Below the pieces are notes generated by a model that was not told the origin of the DNA, did not search any database, and saw nothing but the letters and a program-made list of their open reading frames with translations. Below, piece after piece: positions 28,881 to 37,582 of a DNA stretch of 64,000 bases; position 1 is the stretch's first letter, and the number at the start of each line of letters is the position of its first letter. The DNA lies in the IMG/VR virus record IMGVR_UViG_3300034374_002231, positions 668 through 64,667 of that record, one strand, 5' to 3'. This DNA is from a virus (lineage: Duplodnaviria; Caudoviricetes). Position numbers and translations under genes: made by a program.

Positions 28881-29176
28881 CAGCACTTCCAGCGCTTGCG
28901 CGCCTGCCTCAGTCGGCTGTTTGGATCTTTGGCCGCTTTGGGAAACTGCTTCATCTGTCCAGCGGAGCGTGCGCAGAACGACTTACGTCGCTTAGCCCTT
29001 TTACCCGTTGGGTTATCTTCGGTCACCGCGGTCTGCAGTTTGGACCCGGGGTTCTTCTTTCGATACGCGGCAACGCCTTTTTTGGTCATGCCTGCGCCCT
29101 CAGAGGTCTTCCGGTAGTTTGCGCCCTTGCCCTTTGTGGTTCGGGCAATCGGCTTATCGCGTTTCTCTTTAGCCAT
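28880..29176 (-). CDS. Small basic protein (DUF6321-like)
   Basis: 98 aa; GMTKKGVAAYR..NPGSKL..RRKSFCARS..DPNSRLRQARKRWKC. Confidence 0.7.
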   Translation of the reverse strand: MAKEKRDKPIARTTKGKGANYRKTSEGAGMTKKGVAAYRKKNPGSKLQTAVTEDNPTGKRAKRRKSFCARSAGQMKQFPKAAKDPNSRLRQARKRWKC

Positions 29177-29903
29177 TGCTAATCAGAACCCCCTCAAATG
29201 TAGCGGATACCGCGTTGATCTGGTTCTTGTTACAAATAGCACGGACCTCAAGGTCGCTCTTCTCAGGGAGGCGAAGAGGGTAGGTAAACGGGAACAGAAG
29301 CTCCCCACCAGTCACATCGACCTTGACGGTGGTTCTGAACACACCACCGGGCTGACGAACCATGAATCGGATCGTCATGTATGCCCCAGCAGTATCTGTT
29401 CCGTGCGTGGCCGTACCGCTGGAAAGGTAAAGCGTCTTACCAGCAGGCACAGTATAGACCGCCATTAGAGTTTGGTTTTCACCAGCCGTAATCTGGGCAT
29501 ACGTTGTGCCGCCATTGGCGACGGTGATATTGCCTGCGGGTGCCGTTGCGCCAGAAACAAAGGCCCGGAAAACACGCAGGAATGTCTGTGTGGTTGTGGC
29601 CGTTCCGCTGGCGTTCAGGGTGACCTCTTCATTCACCTCGACGCAATCCGCATCAAGTCCGTAGACCTGAACCTTTACACCAGAATCAGTTGCACCGCTT
29701 GCCGATGTAACAGTCATGGCAACAGCGGAACCCGGATAGGTATAGATACCACCACCATCCCATATGGTCTCTTCGACATTGATGATGTTGGAGTTGTACC
29801 CATACTTGAACAACGTGTTGTGCAGATAAATCTGCCCACGCGCAGCTTGAAGCTCGAACGGCTCAGACGTGCCGACCCGTGTGATAGAACTTATCTCAGC
29901 CAT
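29169..29903 (-). CDS. Virion structural protein
   Basis: 244 aa, beta-rich; FKYGYN..ETIWDGG, VYGLD, QTLMAVYTVPAGKT. Confidence 0.7.
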   Translation of the reverse strand: MAEISSITRVGTSEPFELQAARGQIYLHNTLFKYGYNSNIINVEETIWDGGGIYTYPGSAVAMTVTSASGATDSGVKVQVYGLDADCVEVNEEVTLNASGTATTTQTFLRVFRAFVSGATAPAGNITVANGGTTYAQITAGENQTLMAVYTVPAGKTLYLSSGTATHGTDTAGAYMTIRFMVRQPGGVFRTTVKVDVTGGELLFPFTYPLRLPEKSDLEVRAICNKNQINAVSATFEGVLISNG

Positions 29904-29914
29904 CCGAGCCTCTC

Positions 29915-30187
29915 TTAGTTGTAGAACACCGTCATCGCAGTGATGTTTGTGAACGCAGAGACGTAAATGTCGCTAACGCGCAGTCCATCCGCCGGTATGT
30001 TAACCGAATGCGAATCCGACGCCAGAAAATCCAAGTCCAGAACCGTAGCACCGCCGCTGCCATCAGTAATGGTCAACCGAGGAGTGCCTGTTGTGGTCAA
30101 GACCTGAATCTGCCGAATACGGGCAGGGCCAACGGCCACAGAGCCGGTGCCCGTTACCCGCTTTGACTGTACGTCAGAGCTTGCCAT
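29915..30187 (-). CDS. Small structural protein
   Basis: 90 aa, beta-rich, ends MTVFYN; downstream of the capsid gene. Confidence 0.7.
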   Translation of the reverse strand: MASSDVQSKRVTGTGSVAVGPARIRQIQVLTTTGTPRLTITDGSGGATVLDLDFLASDSHSVNIPADGLRVSDIYVSAFTNITAMTVFYN

Positions 30188-30190
30188 AGG

Positions 30191-30307
30191 TCAGTCGCCC
30201 TTCTTCGTCGCGGTTTTCTTGGTGCTCTTAGGGACCGCAGGCTTTGCTGCGGCCTCCCGTTCAGCCAGCTCCTCCTTGGAAGGAGCCTCCCATTTGATAA
30301 CGCCCAT
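30191..30307 (-). CDS. 38-aa Lys-rich peptide
   Basis: MGVIKWEAPSKEELAEREAAAKPAVPKSTKKTATKKGD fills the intergenic gap; RBS GAGGTGA. Confidence 0.55.
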   Translation of the reverse strand: MGVIKWEAPSKEELAEREAAAKPAVPKSTKKTATKKGD

Positions 30308-30315
30308 AGCTCACC

Positions 30316-30576
30316 TCACGATGCCGCGATGGTAGCGCCAGTATCCGAACGCTTCCAGTTGGTGCCGTCCGAAAACGCGAGAATCGGCGAACCAGCAGCG
30401 CCATTAGAAACGTAGATTAGCGTCCCTGCGCCTGCCGAAGCGGCGGAAGGTGCGCCTGCCACAGTGTAGGTGGGAACGGTGATCGCGCCAACGACGTCAC
30501 CTGTCACATCGCCCGTCACGTTACCCGTGAAGCCGTTGTTTGAAACAACCGGACCGCTGAAAGTAGTCGTACCCAT
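30316..30576 (-). CDS. Capsid decoration / head fibre protein
   Basis: MGTTTFSGPVVS...LAFSDGTNWKRSD; first gene after the capsid terminator. Confidence 0.65.
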   Translation of the reverse strand: MGTTTFSGPVVSNNGFTGNVTGDVTGDVVGAITVPTYTVAGAPSAASAGAGTLIYVSNGAAGSPILAFSDGTNWKRSDTGATIAAS

Positions 30577-30654
30577 GTGCATCTCCTGTCGTGGGTCAAG
30601 TCAGCCACCCTATGCGGCTGTCAGGGATGCACGCAGCATACACTCGTACAGAAT

Positions 30655-30683
30655 AAAAAGAAAGGGGCCGCCGAAGCGGCCCC
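30655..30683 (-). terminator. Rho-independent terminator after the major capsid gene
   Basis: Minus strand GGGGCCGC-TTCG-GCGGCCCC then TTTCTTTTT. Confidence 0.85.
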
Positions 30684-30761
30684 AGTTTGGAAGACAGTCA
30701 TGTCAAACAGGGAGGAGTTTAACAAGACCAGACTACCAAACTTTCACGGTCACGTCACGCT

Positions 30762-31670
30762 TTATGCAGCGCCCGGCGAACCATAGATGCCCAGCGGGTC
30801 CGAGACGCCGAAGCTGTAACGCTCACGGGCCTTGTAGCGGACGTTGCCGGTGTCGAAGTCACCGTCCATCGACGTTGCCATCGGCGTACGCACAAAGTGC
30901 TTCATACCGTTGGGGATGTCGGTGGTCAGGAACCAAGCATCGTTGTCGGTCAGGTAGTGGTTTACACGGTACCCTTCCGGAATCGACCCGTTCGACTTCA
31001 GAGCGTTCAGATCGTTGTCGGCGGTGCCAACACGAAGCTCGGTCTGCAGCAGACGAGTTGCAACGAACATCAGCGCCGGAGGAACGATCAGCTTACGCGG
31101 ACGGGCCGCGATCAGCAGACCACGCTCGTCAGTGTACGCAGCGATGTCGATCACTGCCTGTTCGAGCGAGGTTTCGTTCAGATCCGAAGCTACCGTCGGG
31201 CGGTTCGAGTTGTTCGAGCCGGTGACCGTCGGGTGTGAGGTCGAGAACAGGGTAACACCGTCGCCCGAGTTGAACGAGGTGAAACCGGTGTTCAGCAGCG
31301 AGGCTGCTTTGACCTGCTTGGTATACGCCATGGCACGTGCAAGCGCCTTGGTGTAGCGAGCCGAGAGCGAGTCGTACAGGTTGTCTTCCATCGCCTCTTC
31401 GGTGATGGAGAAACCCATAGCGACGGTCTCGTGGGTGTAACGAGCAGTGAATGCTTCCTGCGCGTTGTCGTAGGAGATCGCCTCACCTTCGGCCTTGGTC
31501 GGTGCAGCACCGAAGCCCGAAAGTTTGACTTCTTCCTCGAACGAACGTTCGGAGTTTTCAGTCTCGTAAATCTCAGCGTGCTCGCCTTCATAGGAGTCAT
31601 ACTCCATGCCGAAGAGCGCGTTGAGGCCGGGAAGCAGCTCTTTAAGGAGCTGGGCGCGCGAAATAGCCAT
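30762..31670 (-). CDS. Major capsid protein
   Basis: 302 aa; MAISRAQLLKELLPGLNALFG...GDFDTGNVRYKARERYSFG; followed by a terminator. Confidence 0.9.
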   Translation of the reverse strand: MAISRAQLLKELLPGLNALFGMEYDSYEGEHAEIYETENSERSFEEEVKLSGFGAAPTKAEGEAISYDNAQEAFTARYTHETVAMGFSITEEAMEDNLYDSLSARYTKALARAMAYTKQVKAASLLNTGFTSFNSGDGVTLFSTSHPTVTGSNNSNRPTVASDLNETSLEQAVIDIAAYTDERGLLIAARPRKLIVPPALMFVATRLLQTELRVGTADNDLNALKSNGSIPEGYRVNHYLTDNDAWFLTTDIPNGMKHFVRTPMATSMDGDFDTGNVRYKARERYSFGVSDPLGIYGSPGAA

Positions 31671-31682
31671 CAGTCAGACTCC

Positions 31683-32279
31683 TTATGCTACGCCAAGACC
31701 AGCAGTGTACGCATGCGACGACGGGTTAAACTTAACCAGTACGTCGGTGTACGCATCACCAACAGTCGAAGTAGTGCTGTCCACAAAATCCACGACCTTG
31801 AAGGCAATGGTTGCGGTGGTAGCACCGGTTGCAACGTCAAGCGAAATACCCGACACACCGGTCGCCGTGGAACCCGCGCCCTGATTGACCGCATAGTTCA
31901 GGTGAAGACCAGTCTGAGCAATCGACGCATCCGCTTGGATCATGAACAGAGTGTCCGGATCGTCCACGACATACGCGACAGCGTCAGAAGCGACAGTGCC
32001 CGACGGCCAGTAGTTCTGGGTACGAAGACCCGAAACAGCATCAGTGTAGGCGCAGCCCACAAAGACACCCACTGTACCAGCGGGGAAGGCGTCGGCGGCG
32101 GTGCCGACATTGGTCACCTTCGTGATGGTGCCGTCAGTGTGCACTTGCACAATGTCACCATTGAAGATGTTGGCTGCATAGCCCGATGCAATCTTGATCT
32201 GCCGTGTCGAACCAGCGAAGGGGCGACCACCGATAAGATTGACCGGACGCAGACCATAGGGAGTGGCAGTGGTAGCCAT
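31683..32279 (-). CDS. Minor capsid / cement protein
   Basis: 198 aa; PYGLRPV, IFNGDIV, VGVFVGC, YVVDDPD; directly upstream of the capsid gene. Confidence 0.7.
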   Translation of the reverse strand: MATTATPYGLRPVNLIGGRPFAGSTRQIKIASGYAANIFNGDIVQVHTDGTITKVTNVGTAADAFPAGTVGVFVGCAYTDAVSGLRTQNYWPSGTVASDAVAYVVDDPDTLFMIQADASIAQTGLHLNYAVNQGAGSTATGVSGISLDVATGATTATIAFKVVDFVDSTTSTVGDAYTDVLVKFNPSSHAYTAGLGVA

Positions 32280-32308
32280 AGTTCTCTCCTTGTTGCGTCA
32301 AATGGCAA

Positions 32309-32752
32309 TTACTTGCCAAAGCTAGTCCGCGATGATCGTTCCGGTTTAAGAACGGGCATGCGCGGATCAGACTCGCGGAGGTAGTTACGATCCACAGAAT
32401 CCATCTGCTGCTTGGCCTTTTGAGCCATCTGATCGTTTCTGTCCTCTACGATTTCGGTCGGGATAGAACACAGAAGCAGACCGCCGACTTCGATGTTGCC
32501 TTTAAAACGTGAATCCACGTCCGACATCACCATAAGTTCCGGATGGTCCTCGGCTCTGACTGGTGTGTAACCCTCACGGAAGCGCATAGACACATTTCGG
32601 TTGTCTGCCTCACCAAGCGTCGAGGTGCGAATCCAACGAAAGCTCAAGCCATCTTTGGGTTCGGGGGTGGGCAGGGCCGAGGGTTGTTGCCATGTCCGCT
32701 TACGTTCACCCGATTCACGGGTTTCAGTTGTGCGTGGGGTCCGGTCAGCCAT
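32309..32752 (-). CDS. Conserved head-module protein
   Basis: 147 aa; FRWIRTS...REGYTPVRAEDHPE...VGGLLLC. Confidence 0.7.
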   Translation of the reverse strand: MADRTPRTTETRESGERKRTWQQPSALPTPEPKDGLSFRWIRTSTLGEADNRNVSMRFREGYTPVRAEDHPELMVMSDVDSRFKGNIEVGGLLLCSIPTEIVEDRNDQMAQKAKQQMDSVDRNYLRESDPRMPVLKPERSSRTSFGK

Positions 32753-33671
32753 TTCTCTGGTCCTTCAGTAGTTGCGCCGCGTACTGTTCAGGTTTCAACC
32801 CAAGGCGCTTGGCGAGAGCAACCTGAGTGGAGGTCAGTTTGACTTTGCGTGGATTTGTTGCGCTGCGAGCAGCAGGGGCCACCACGTTGGCCGTTTTCCG
32901 AGGAGTAACGTCAACCTCTTCCGTTACACCGCCGAAGCGTTCGGGGAAACGCTTGCGCATTCCCTCGTTAATCTTAGCATAATACGTATCAGTGTTTGGA
33001 TCAACACCACTACGTACCAATCGTTCATGAAGCCCGTAGGCTGCACCGGTCATCTCTTCATCCTTGCCAAACCAGTCGTTGTCAGCAAGCCATGCACGCT
33101 GGCGATCATCCAGCTGCGGAACCGGCGGGTTCTTTTGCTGGTACTGCTGATACGCCTGCTGAAGCCGTTCCGGGCTATACTCCGGCTGGACAGGCTGCGG
33201 ACGCCAATTCTGCACGCGAGACAAGCTGTTCTGAGCTTCGACGAGGCGCTGCTGTGCCTCAACAAGCCCGTCGGAGTCACCGGCTTCGTACGCCATTTTG
33301 TAATCGCGTTTGGCCCGCTCTACTTCGGACTGATAGCGCATCTTTGCGCTTTCAACGACACTGTTCTGTCCCTTAGAAAGACGCTCACTGAGTCGCTGGT
33401 TTTCTTCGGCGGCACGCTGTGCGTACTGAATGGCCTCCTCTCGGAGACGGATCGCTTCTTGCTTCTGTCGTTCGGCTTCATGATACTCGAACTTCAGTTG
33501 CTTGATGCGCTTCTGCACGGACTCGCTGTACTTCTCGACTTCATCATCGTCGGGAAGGTCTGCTTTATGGTCCTCCGCGAGGCGCGGTCTCTCTTCCGCG
33601 GGAACGTCATCTACGACTTCCAACTCGAAATCGTTGTCGTCGCGGTCGATCTGGTCAGTTTGTTCAGTCAT
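32745..33671 (-). CDS. Capsid scaffolding protein
   Basis: 308 aa; acidic N-terminus, coiled coil, C-terminal KLTSTQVALAKRLGLKPEQYA. Confidence 0.75.
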   Translation of the reverse strand: MTEQTDQIDRDDNDFELEVVDDVPAEERPRLAEDHKADLPDDDEVEKYSESVQKRIKQLKFEYHEAERQKQEAIRLREEAIQYAQRAAEENQRLSERLSKGQNSVVESAKMRYQSEVERAKRDYKMAYEAGDSDGLVEAQQRLVEAQNSLSRVQNWRPQPVQPEYSPERLQQAYQQYQQKNPPVPQLDDRQRAWLADNDWFGKDEEMTGAAYGLHERLVRSGVDPNTDTYYAKINEGMRKRFPERFGGVTEEVDVTPRKTANVVAPAARSATNPRKVKLTSTQVALAKRLGLKPEQYAAQLLKDQRNG

Positions 33672-33674
33672 AGC

Positions 33675-34040
33675 TTATGCCCTCGTGTAGCCGCGAGGGT
33701 CGTCAACGACGGCCTCCACAGTATCGTCGTTGATGAGGCGGAACTCTTTTCCGCCAACCTTGAAGCGGGTTCCGGAGTAAGACCGGAAGATCACGAAGTC
33801 TCCCTCCTTACACCACGGCCCGTTCGGAAAACGATCACGGTCTGCGTACGCCTCACTACCGGCCTTCATCACGAAGCCAATAATGGACGCGGTAGACTCC
33901 GCGGCTTTCAACTTGTCGGGCATATAAACGCCACCTTCGGTCTTTTCATCAACCTCTAGCGTGGCGATCAGGAGCCGGTATCCTTTCGGTTCCGGCAACT
34001 TGTGAACGATACTCTCGTCCACCGCAGTGGGTGTATACAT
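33675..34040 (-). CDS. groES: GroES-like co-chaperonin
   Basis: PKGYRLLI..EKTEGGVYMPD..G.VMKAG..KEGDFVIFRSYSGT..GKEFRLINDDTVEAVV. Confidence 0.85.
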   Translation of the reverse strand: MYTPTAVDESIVHKLPEPKGYRLLIATLEVDEKTEGGVYMPDKLKAAESTASIIGFVMKAGSEAYADRDRFPNGPWCKEGDFVIFRSYSGTRFKVGGKEFRLINDDTVEAVVDDPRGYTRA

Positions 34041-34107
34041 GCTTCCCTCTGTTCGCAGTGATTAAGGCTCACCGTTGCCTGCCCCGGCCCATCCGGGGTC
34101 GCCTCCG

Positions 34108-34290
34108 TTAGGAGGATATGTGCCGCTCTATCAACTCGCGGAGATCATCCTCAACCACATTGAACGCTTCTAGGCGGCCAACGATCCGCTGGTATCCGTC
34201 GTAATCTTTGACAGACCCAGCAGCGAGGTAGTCTTTAAGTTGCTCGCGGTATTCAGTCACCTTCTTTAGAAGGAGTTGTAGTTCGTCCAA
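34108..34290 (-). CDS. Small hypothetical protein
   Basis: TTG start with RBS GGAG; LAAGSVKDYDGYQRIVG. Confidence 0.65.
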   Translation of the reverse strand: MDELQLLLKKVTEYREQLKDYLAAGSVKDYDGYQRIVGRLEAFNVVEDDLRELIERHISS

Positions 34291-36784
34291 GGTTTGCTCC
34301 CTTTGCCAAGTCAGTGGCAATCTTCACGCCCAGCTTCGCACCTTCTGTCTTCTCTTTGCGAGAGTTGGCGTCCAACTGCGTAGCCATACGGGCGCTGATA
34401 TTCGCAGCATCACGCTGCATGTCGGCGTCGAGACGCTCCTGCTGAACCGCCAAGTTGCCTGCCTTTGCGGCGGTGTCCATCTTGAAGCGTTCCAGCTCCA
34501 TGATGGCGTTGTGCTTCGCTTGATCCTCTTTCAACTTGATCTCGCGGGCTTTCAACTCCAGCTCCGCACGCTGGATCTGCGTAAGCGGGTCCTGCTCTTG
34601 CTGCTGGGCCTGCTGCTGTGCAGCCTCTGCTTGGTTACCCTTGAGCAGCTTGTCTGCGGCCATAGCCGCCATGCGGGACACTTCAAGCTCCACATCCTCG
34701 GGCAGCGGAGCCTCCGGATTAGGCAGTTCGACACCAAGGCGTTTCTGTATCTCCACGCGGTACTGCAGGGCGATGTGCTCGGTGATATGCGCCGACATAG
34801 CGTTCATGATCGCAGGCGCGAAGGGTGACTGTCCGACCATCTGCTGGATCTTCGGGTCTTGAGCCATAGCCATATGGACCTGAATGTGTGCTTGGTGGTC
34901 CTGATACGCAAAGGCCTTAACCGGCTCCTGCTTGAGGATCGCCATGTTTTCAGTGACCGGATCAGCAGGCTTGATGTCGTCAGGCAACTTGATGATGTCG
35001 TCTGCGTCCTGAATCCCCAGCACCTCCAGCATCTGACGATGTAGCTTACCCATATCATAGAGCTGCGGAGCCTGCTGAGCCAACTGCAGTGCAGACTGAT
35101 ACTGCACGACTCGCTGCGCCATAGTCGCGGCGTTCGGATCAGACACGGGGATTACGTCCACACGACCGTCGAAGTCTTCGATTCGGTTAAAGGTCTCGCC
35201 GTCTTCGGCCTCCATGTAGGAGTATTCGGCGGGCATGTAGTCGTGGATTACACGAGCCAACAAACGAAGCTCGTTCTTCATGGCGGCATGCAGGCGAGCC
35301 TGTACACCCGACATGACCTTCAGAGACCGTTCGAGCAGGGCCAGTGTCGTACCGACCGGTGCTTCCGGGTTCATATTCCCGACCTGAATATCGGCCACGG
35401 AGCCAATGCGGCGTCCTTCCTCAACCACATTTCCCAGCAGTTGGTACAAGACACCCGACGGTTCTTTATACGGTAGGAACGTAATAGAATCGCGAATGGC
35501 TCCGCCCGGGATGTCAACGTCTCGGAACTCTCCCGGCATGATAGGCGTATCGTCCCCACGAATACGCATACCACGGGCTTTAAGACCGCCGGGAAGGTTA
35601 GACAATGTGCCTGCGTCGATCAGCTGGCGCATGATAGACGTTGCAGACTTAGCCAGACCACCAATCAGATGGATCAGACCTGTACCGTAGAACCCAAGGC
35701 CCGGCAGATACTTATAATGCACGAAGTGCATCAGCTTCTTTTTCTTCGGGTCGTCTTCGTCATAGTTGCGACGAATCGACAGCACGGTACGGGACGACTT
35801 GTCGATAGTAATAATGTATGGCCGTGCAACACCGTCAGGGTCGTCAAACCCCTCCGGCATGTTCATGTCCACGTGCATCTCTAGCAACGTATGACGGTCG
35901 TCATCGTCCAGTGTGGCTTCTTCCCCGTCGAGATCATCATACTTCTCTTGGATGTCAGAAATATCTGCGGTGGGGGCAGGAAGGTCTACATCACGATAGA
36001 AGCCGCTGATCTGCAACTTCAAGATTTCGTTGGCGTCCTTCTTCATGACGTGCGTATAGCGCGAGCAGGTCTGTAGATCAGACGCCCCATACGACACCAC
36101 AAAGTCCTCTACGGGCACGAACATAGCCACCGGGCGCTCCCGGATCGGATCATAGTAGACTTTCTTAAACGCAGAACCAGCCAATGGGAGACGGAACAAC
36201 ATCTGCTCCATTTCGTCACGGTATTCTGTCATTTCTTCGGTTAGCTGATAGTTCAGCTCGTTCTGGACGCGTTCGGCCTGCTTGAATTTTTCAGGCGTCA
36301 ACTTGCCGAGAATCTTTGACTTCGCAGGGCCAGAGGCAGGGAATATCTCACCCATAGCTTGCGCTTGAAACCGCACAACGGCTTCCGTAAGCAGGGGGTG
36401 GAACACCCCCGACGCACCCTGCCATGGCTGACTACGATCTTCGACCTTGAAACCCAAAAGGTCCAGACCCTTCATGTACGCCGCGGCCCAATCCTTGCGA
36501 GACCGACGATCAGCCTCGAACTCCTGAACCAACTCGCTGGCCATCGACTCCAGTATATCTTCGTCAATGAAATCAGCGAGGTTCGCGGTATGGTCCGGAC
36601 CAAGAAGGGCATCACTGACTCCGCCAGTGAAATCAAGGATCATACCACCATCATCGGTTTCGATAGAGATTGCATCCGGATTGACGATCTCCAGTTCGAG
36701 ATCGGCTTCATCCAGTTCCATGTCATCATCCTCAAGCGCCTCTGGAGGAATCTGAAATGGTGTTTGTACTTTATCGACAGCCAT
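34253..36784 (-). CDS. Portal protein
   Basis: 843 aa; HPLLTEAVVRFQAQA, LPLAGSAFKKVYYD, QLIDAGTLSNLPGG; long helical C-terminal extension. Confidence 0.9.
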   Translation of the reverse strand: MAVDKVQTPFQIPPEALEDDDMELDEADLELEIVNPDAISIETDDGGMILDFTGGVSDALLGPDHTANLADFIDEDILESMASELVQEFEADRRSRKDWAAAYMKGLDLLGFKVEDRSQPWQGASGVFHPLLTEAVVRFQAQAMGEIFPASGPAKSKILGKLTPEKFKQAERVQNELNYQLTEEMTEYRDEMEQMLFRLPLAGSAFKKVYYDPIRERPVAMFVPVEDFVVSYGASDLQTCSRYTHVMKKDANEILKLQISGFYRDVDLPAPTADISDIQEKYDDLDGEEATLDDDDRHTLLEMHVDMNMPEGFDDPDGVARPYIITIDKSSRTVLSIRRNYDEDDPKKKKLMHFVHYKYLPGLGFYGTGLIHLIGGLAKSATSIMRQLIDAGTLSNLPGGLKARGMRIRGDDTPIMPGEFRDVDIPGGAIRDSITFLPYKEPSGVLYQLLGNVVEEGRRIGSVADIQVGNMNPEAPVGTTLALLERSLKVMSGVQARLHAAMKNELRLLARVIHDYMPAEYSYMEAEDGETFNRIEDFDGRVDVIPVSDPNAATMAQRVVQYQSALQLAQQAPQLYDMGKLHRQMLEVLGIQDADDIIKLPDDIKPADPVTENMAILKQEPVKAFAYQDHQAHIQVHMAMAQDPKIQQMVGQSPFAPAIMNAMSAHITEHIALQYRVEIQKRLGVELPNPEAPLPEDVELEVSRMAAMAADKLLKGNQAEAAQQQAQQQEQDPLTQIQRAELELKAREIKLKEDQAKHNAIMELERFKMDTAAKAGNLAVQQERLDADMQRDAANISARMATQLDANSRKEKTEGAKLGVKIATDLAKGANLGRTTTPSKEGD

Positions 36785-36793
36785 GATGGCTCC

Positions 36794-37582
36794 TTACCTC
36801 ATTGCATAGGACGGTGCAGTGCGGGGACCGCCCGACATCTGGTCAGAACGCATTTGCGGGCCACCCTTGCCGCCCATGCCGCCCATCTGGGGCTGCATAG
36901 GCGGACGGCCAAAGCCGCCAAAGCCGCCAAAGCCGCCAAACCCACCAAACCCGCCACCAAACTGCGGAGGCATAGGCGGACGGCCAAAGCCGCCAAAGCC
37001 GCCAAACCCACCAAACCCGCCACCAAACTGCGGAGGCATAGGCGGACGGCCAAAGCCGCCCATCTGTTGTTGCATCGCAAGCATCTGTGCAAGACCACTG
37101 GCCATCGGCGGGCGGGTAAAACCGCCCGGCGGCATCTGCCTCATACTGTCGGGCACGGACCGAACGTCCGACATTCTAAATGGCAGCCTCTGCCCGCCCT
37201 GCATGTTGTTCGTCTGTGGTTGTAATCTTCCCGAGCGGTACTGATCGTATCGCTCCGCGAGAACCGGATCGACCATCTTGCCTTCGTATTCAACCAGCGG
37301 ACGTAACTCTTGTGTGGTCGGACCCATCAAAGACGACCTAGAAAACTCGTCTATGGACATAAGCGGCTGCGCTGGCTGAACTTGCGGTCGGAACGGAGCC
37401 ATGCCGCCACCCCGTGGACCCATGTCAGGAGCGTAACCGCCCTTTGGCCTAGAACCACCTTTGCCACCCATGCCGCGGGCCATCGGCTGGCGTGCAGGCA
37501 TCACAGCGGGACGAGGGCCGTACATACGATCATTTACAGCGTCCATTGTCGCCTGCGACGTTCCGGGTGCAAAACTGGTCAT
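36794..37582 (-). CDS. Low-complexity Gly/Pro/Met/Phe-rich protein
   Basis: 262 aa; GGFGGFGG and GRPPMPPQF repeats; ATGA coupling with the upstream gene; RBS GGAGG. Confidence 0.7.
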   Translation of the reverse strand: MTSFAPGTSQATMDAVNDRMYGPRPAVMPARQPMARGMGGKGGSRPKGGYAPDMGPRGGGMAPFRPQVQPAQPLMSIDEFSRSSLMGPTTQELRPLVEYEGKMVDPVLAERYDQYRSGRLQPQTNNMQGGQRLPFRMSDVRSVPDSMRQMPPGGFTRPPMASGLAQMLAMQQQMGGFGRPPMPPQFGGGFGGFGGFGGFGRPPMPPQFGGGFGGFGGFGGFGGFGRPPMQPQMGGMGGKGGPQMRSDQMSGGPRTAPSYAMR

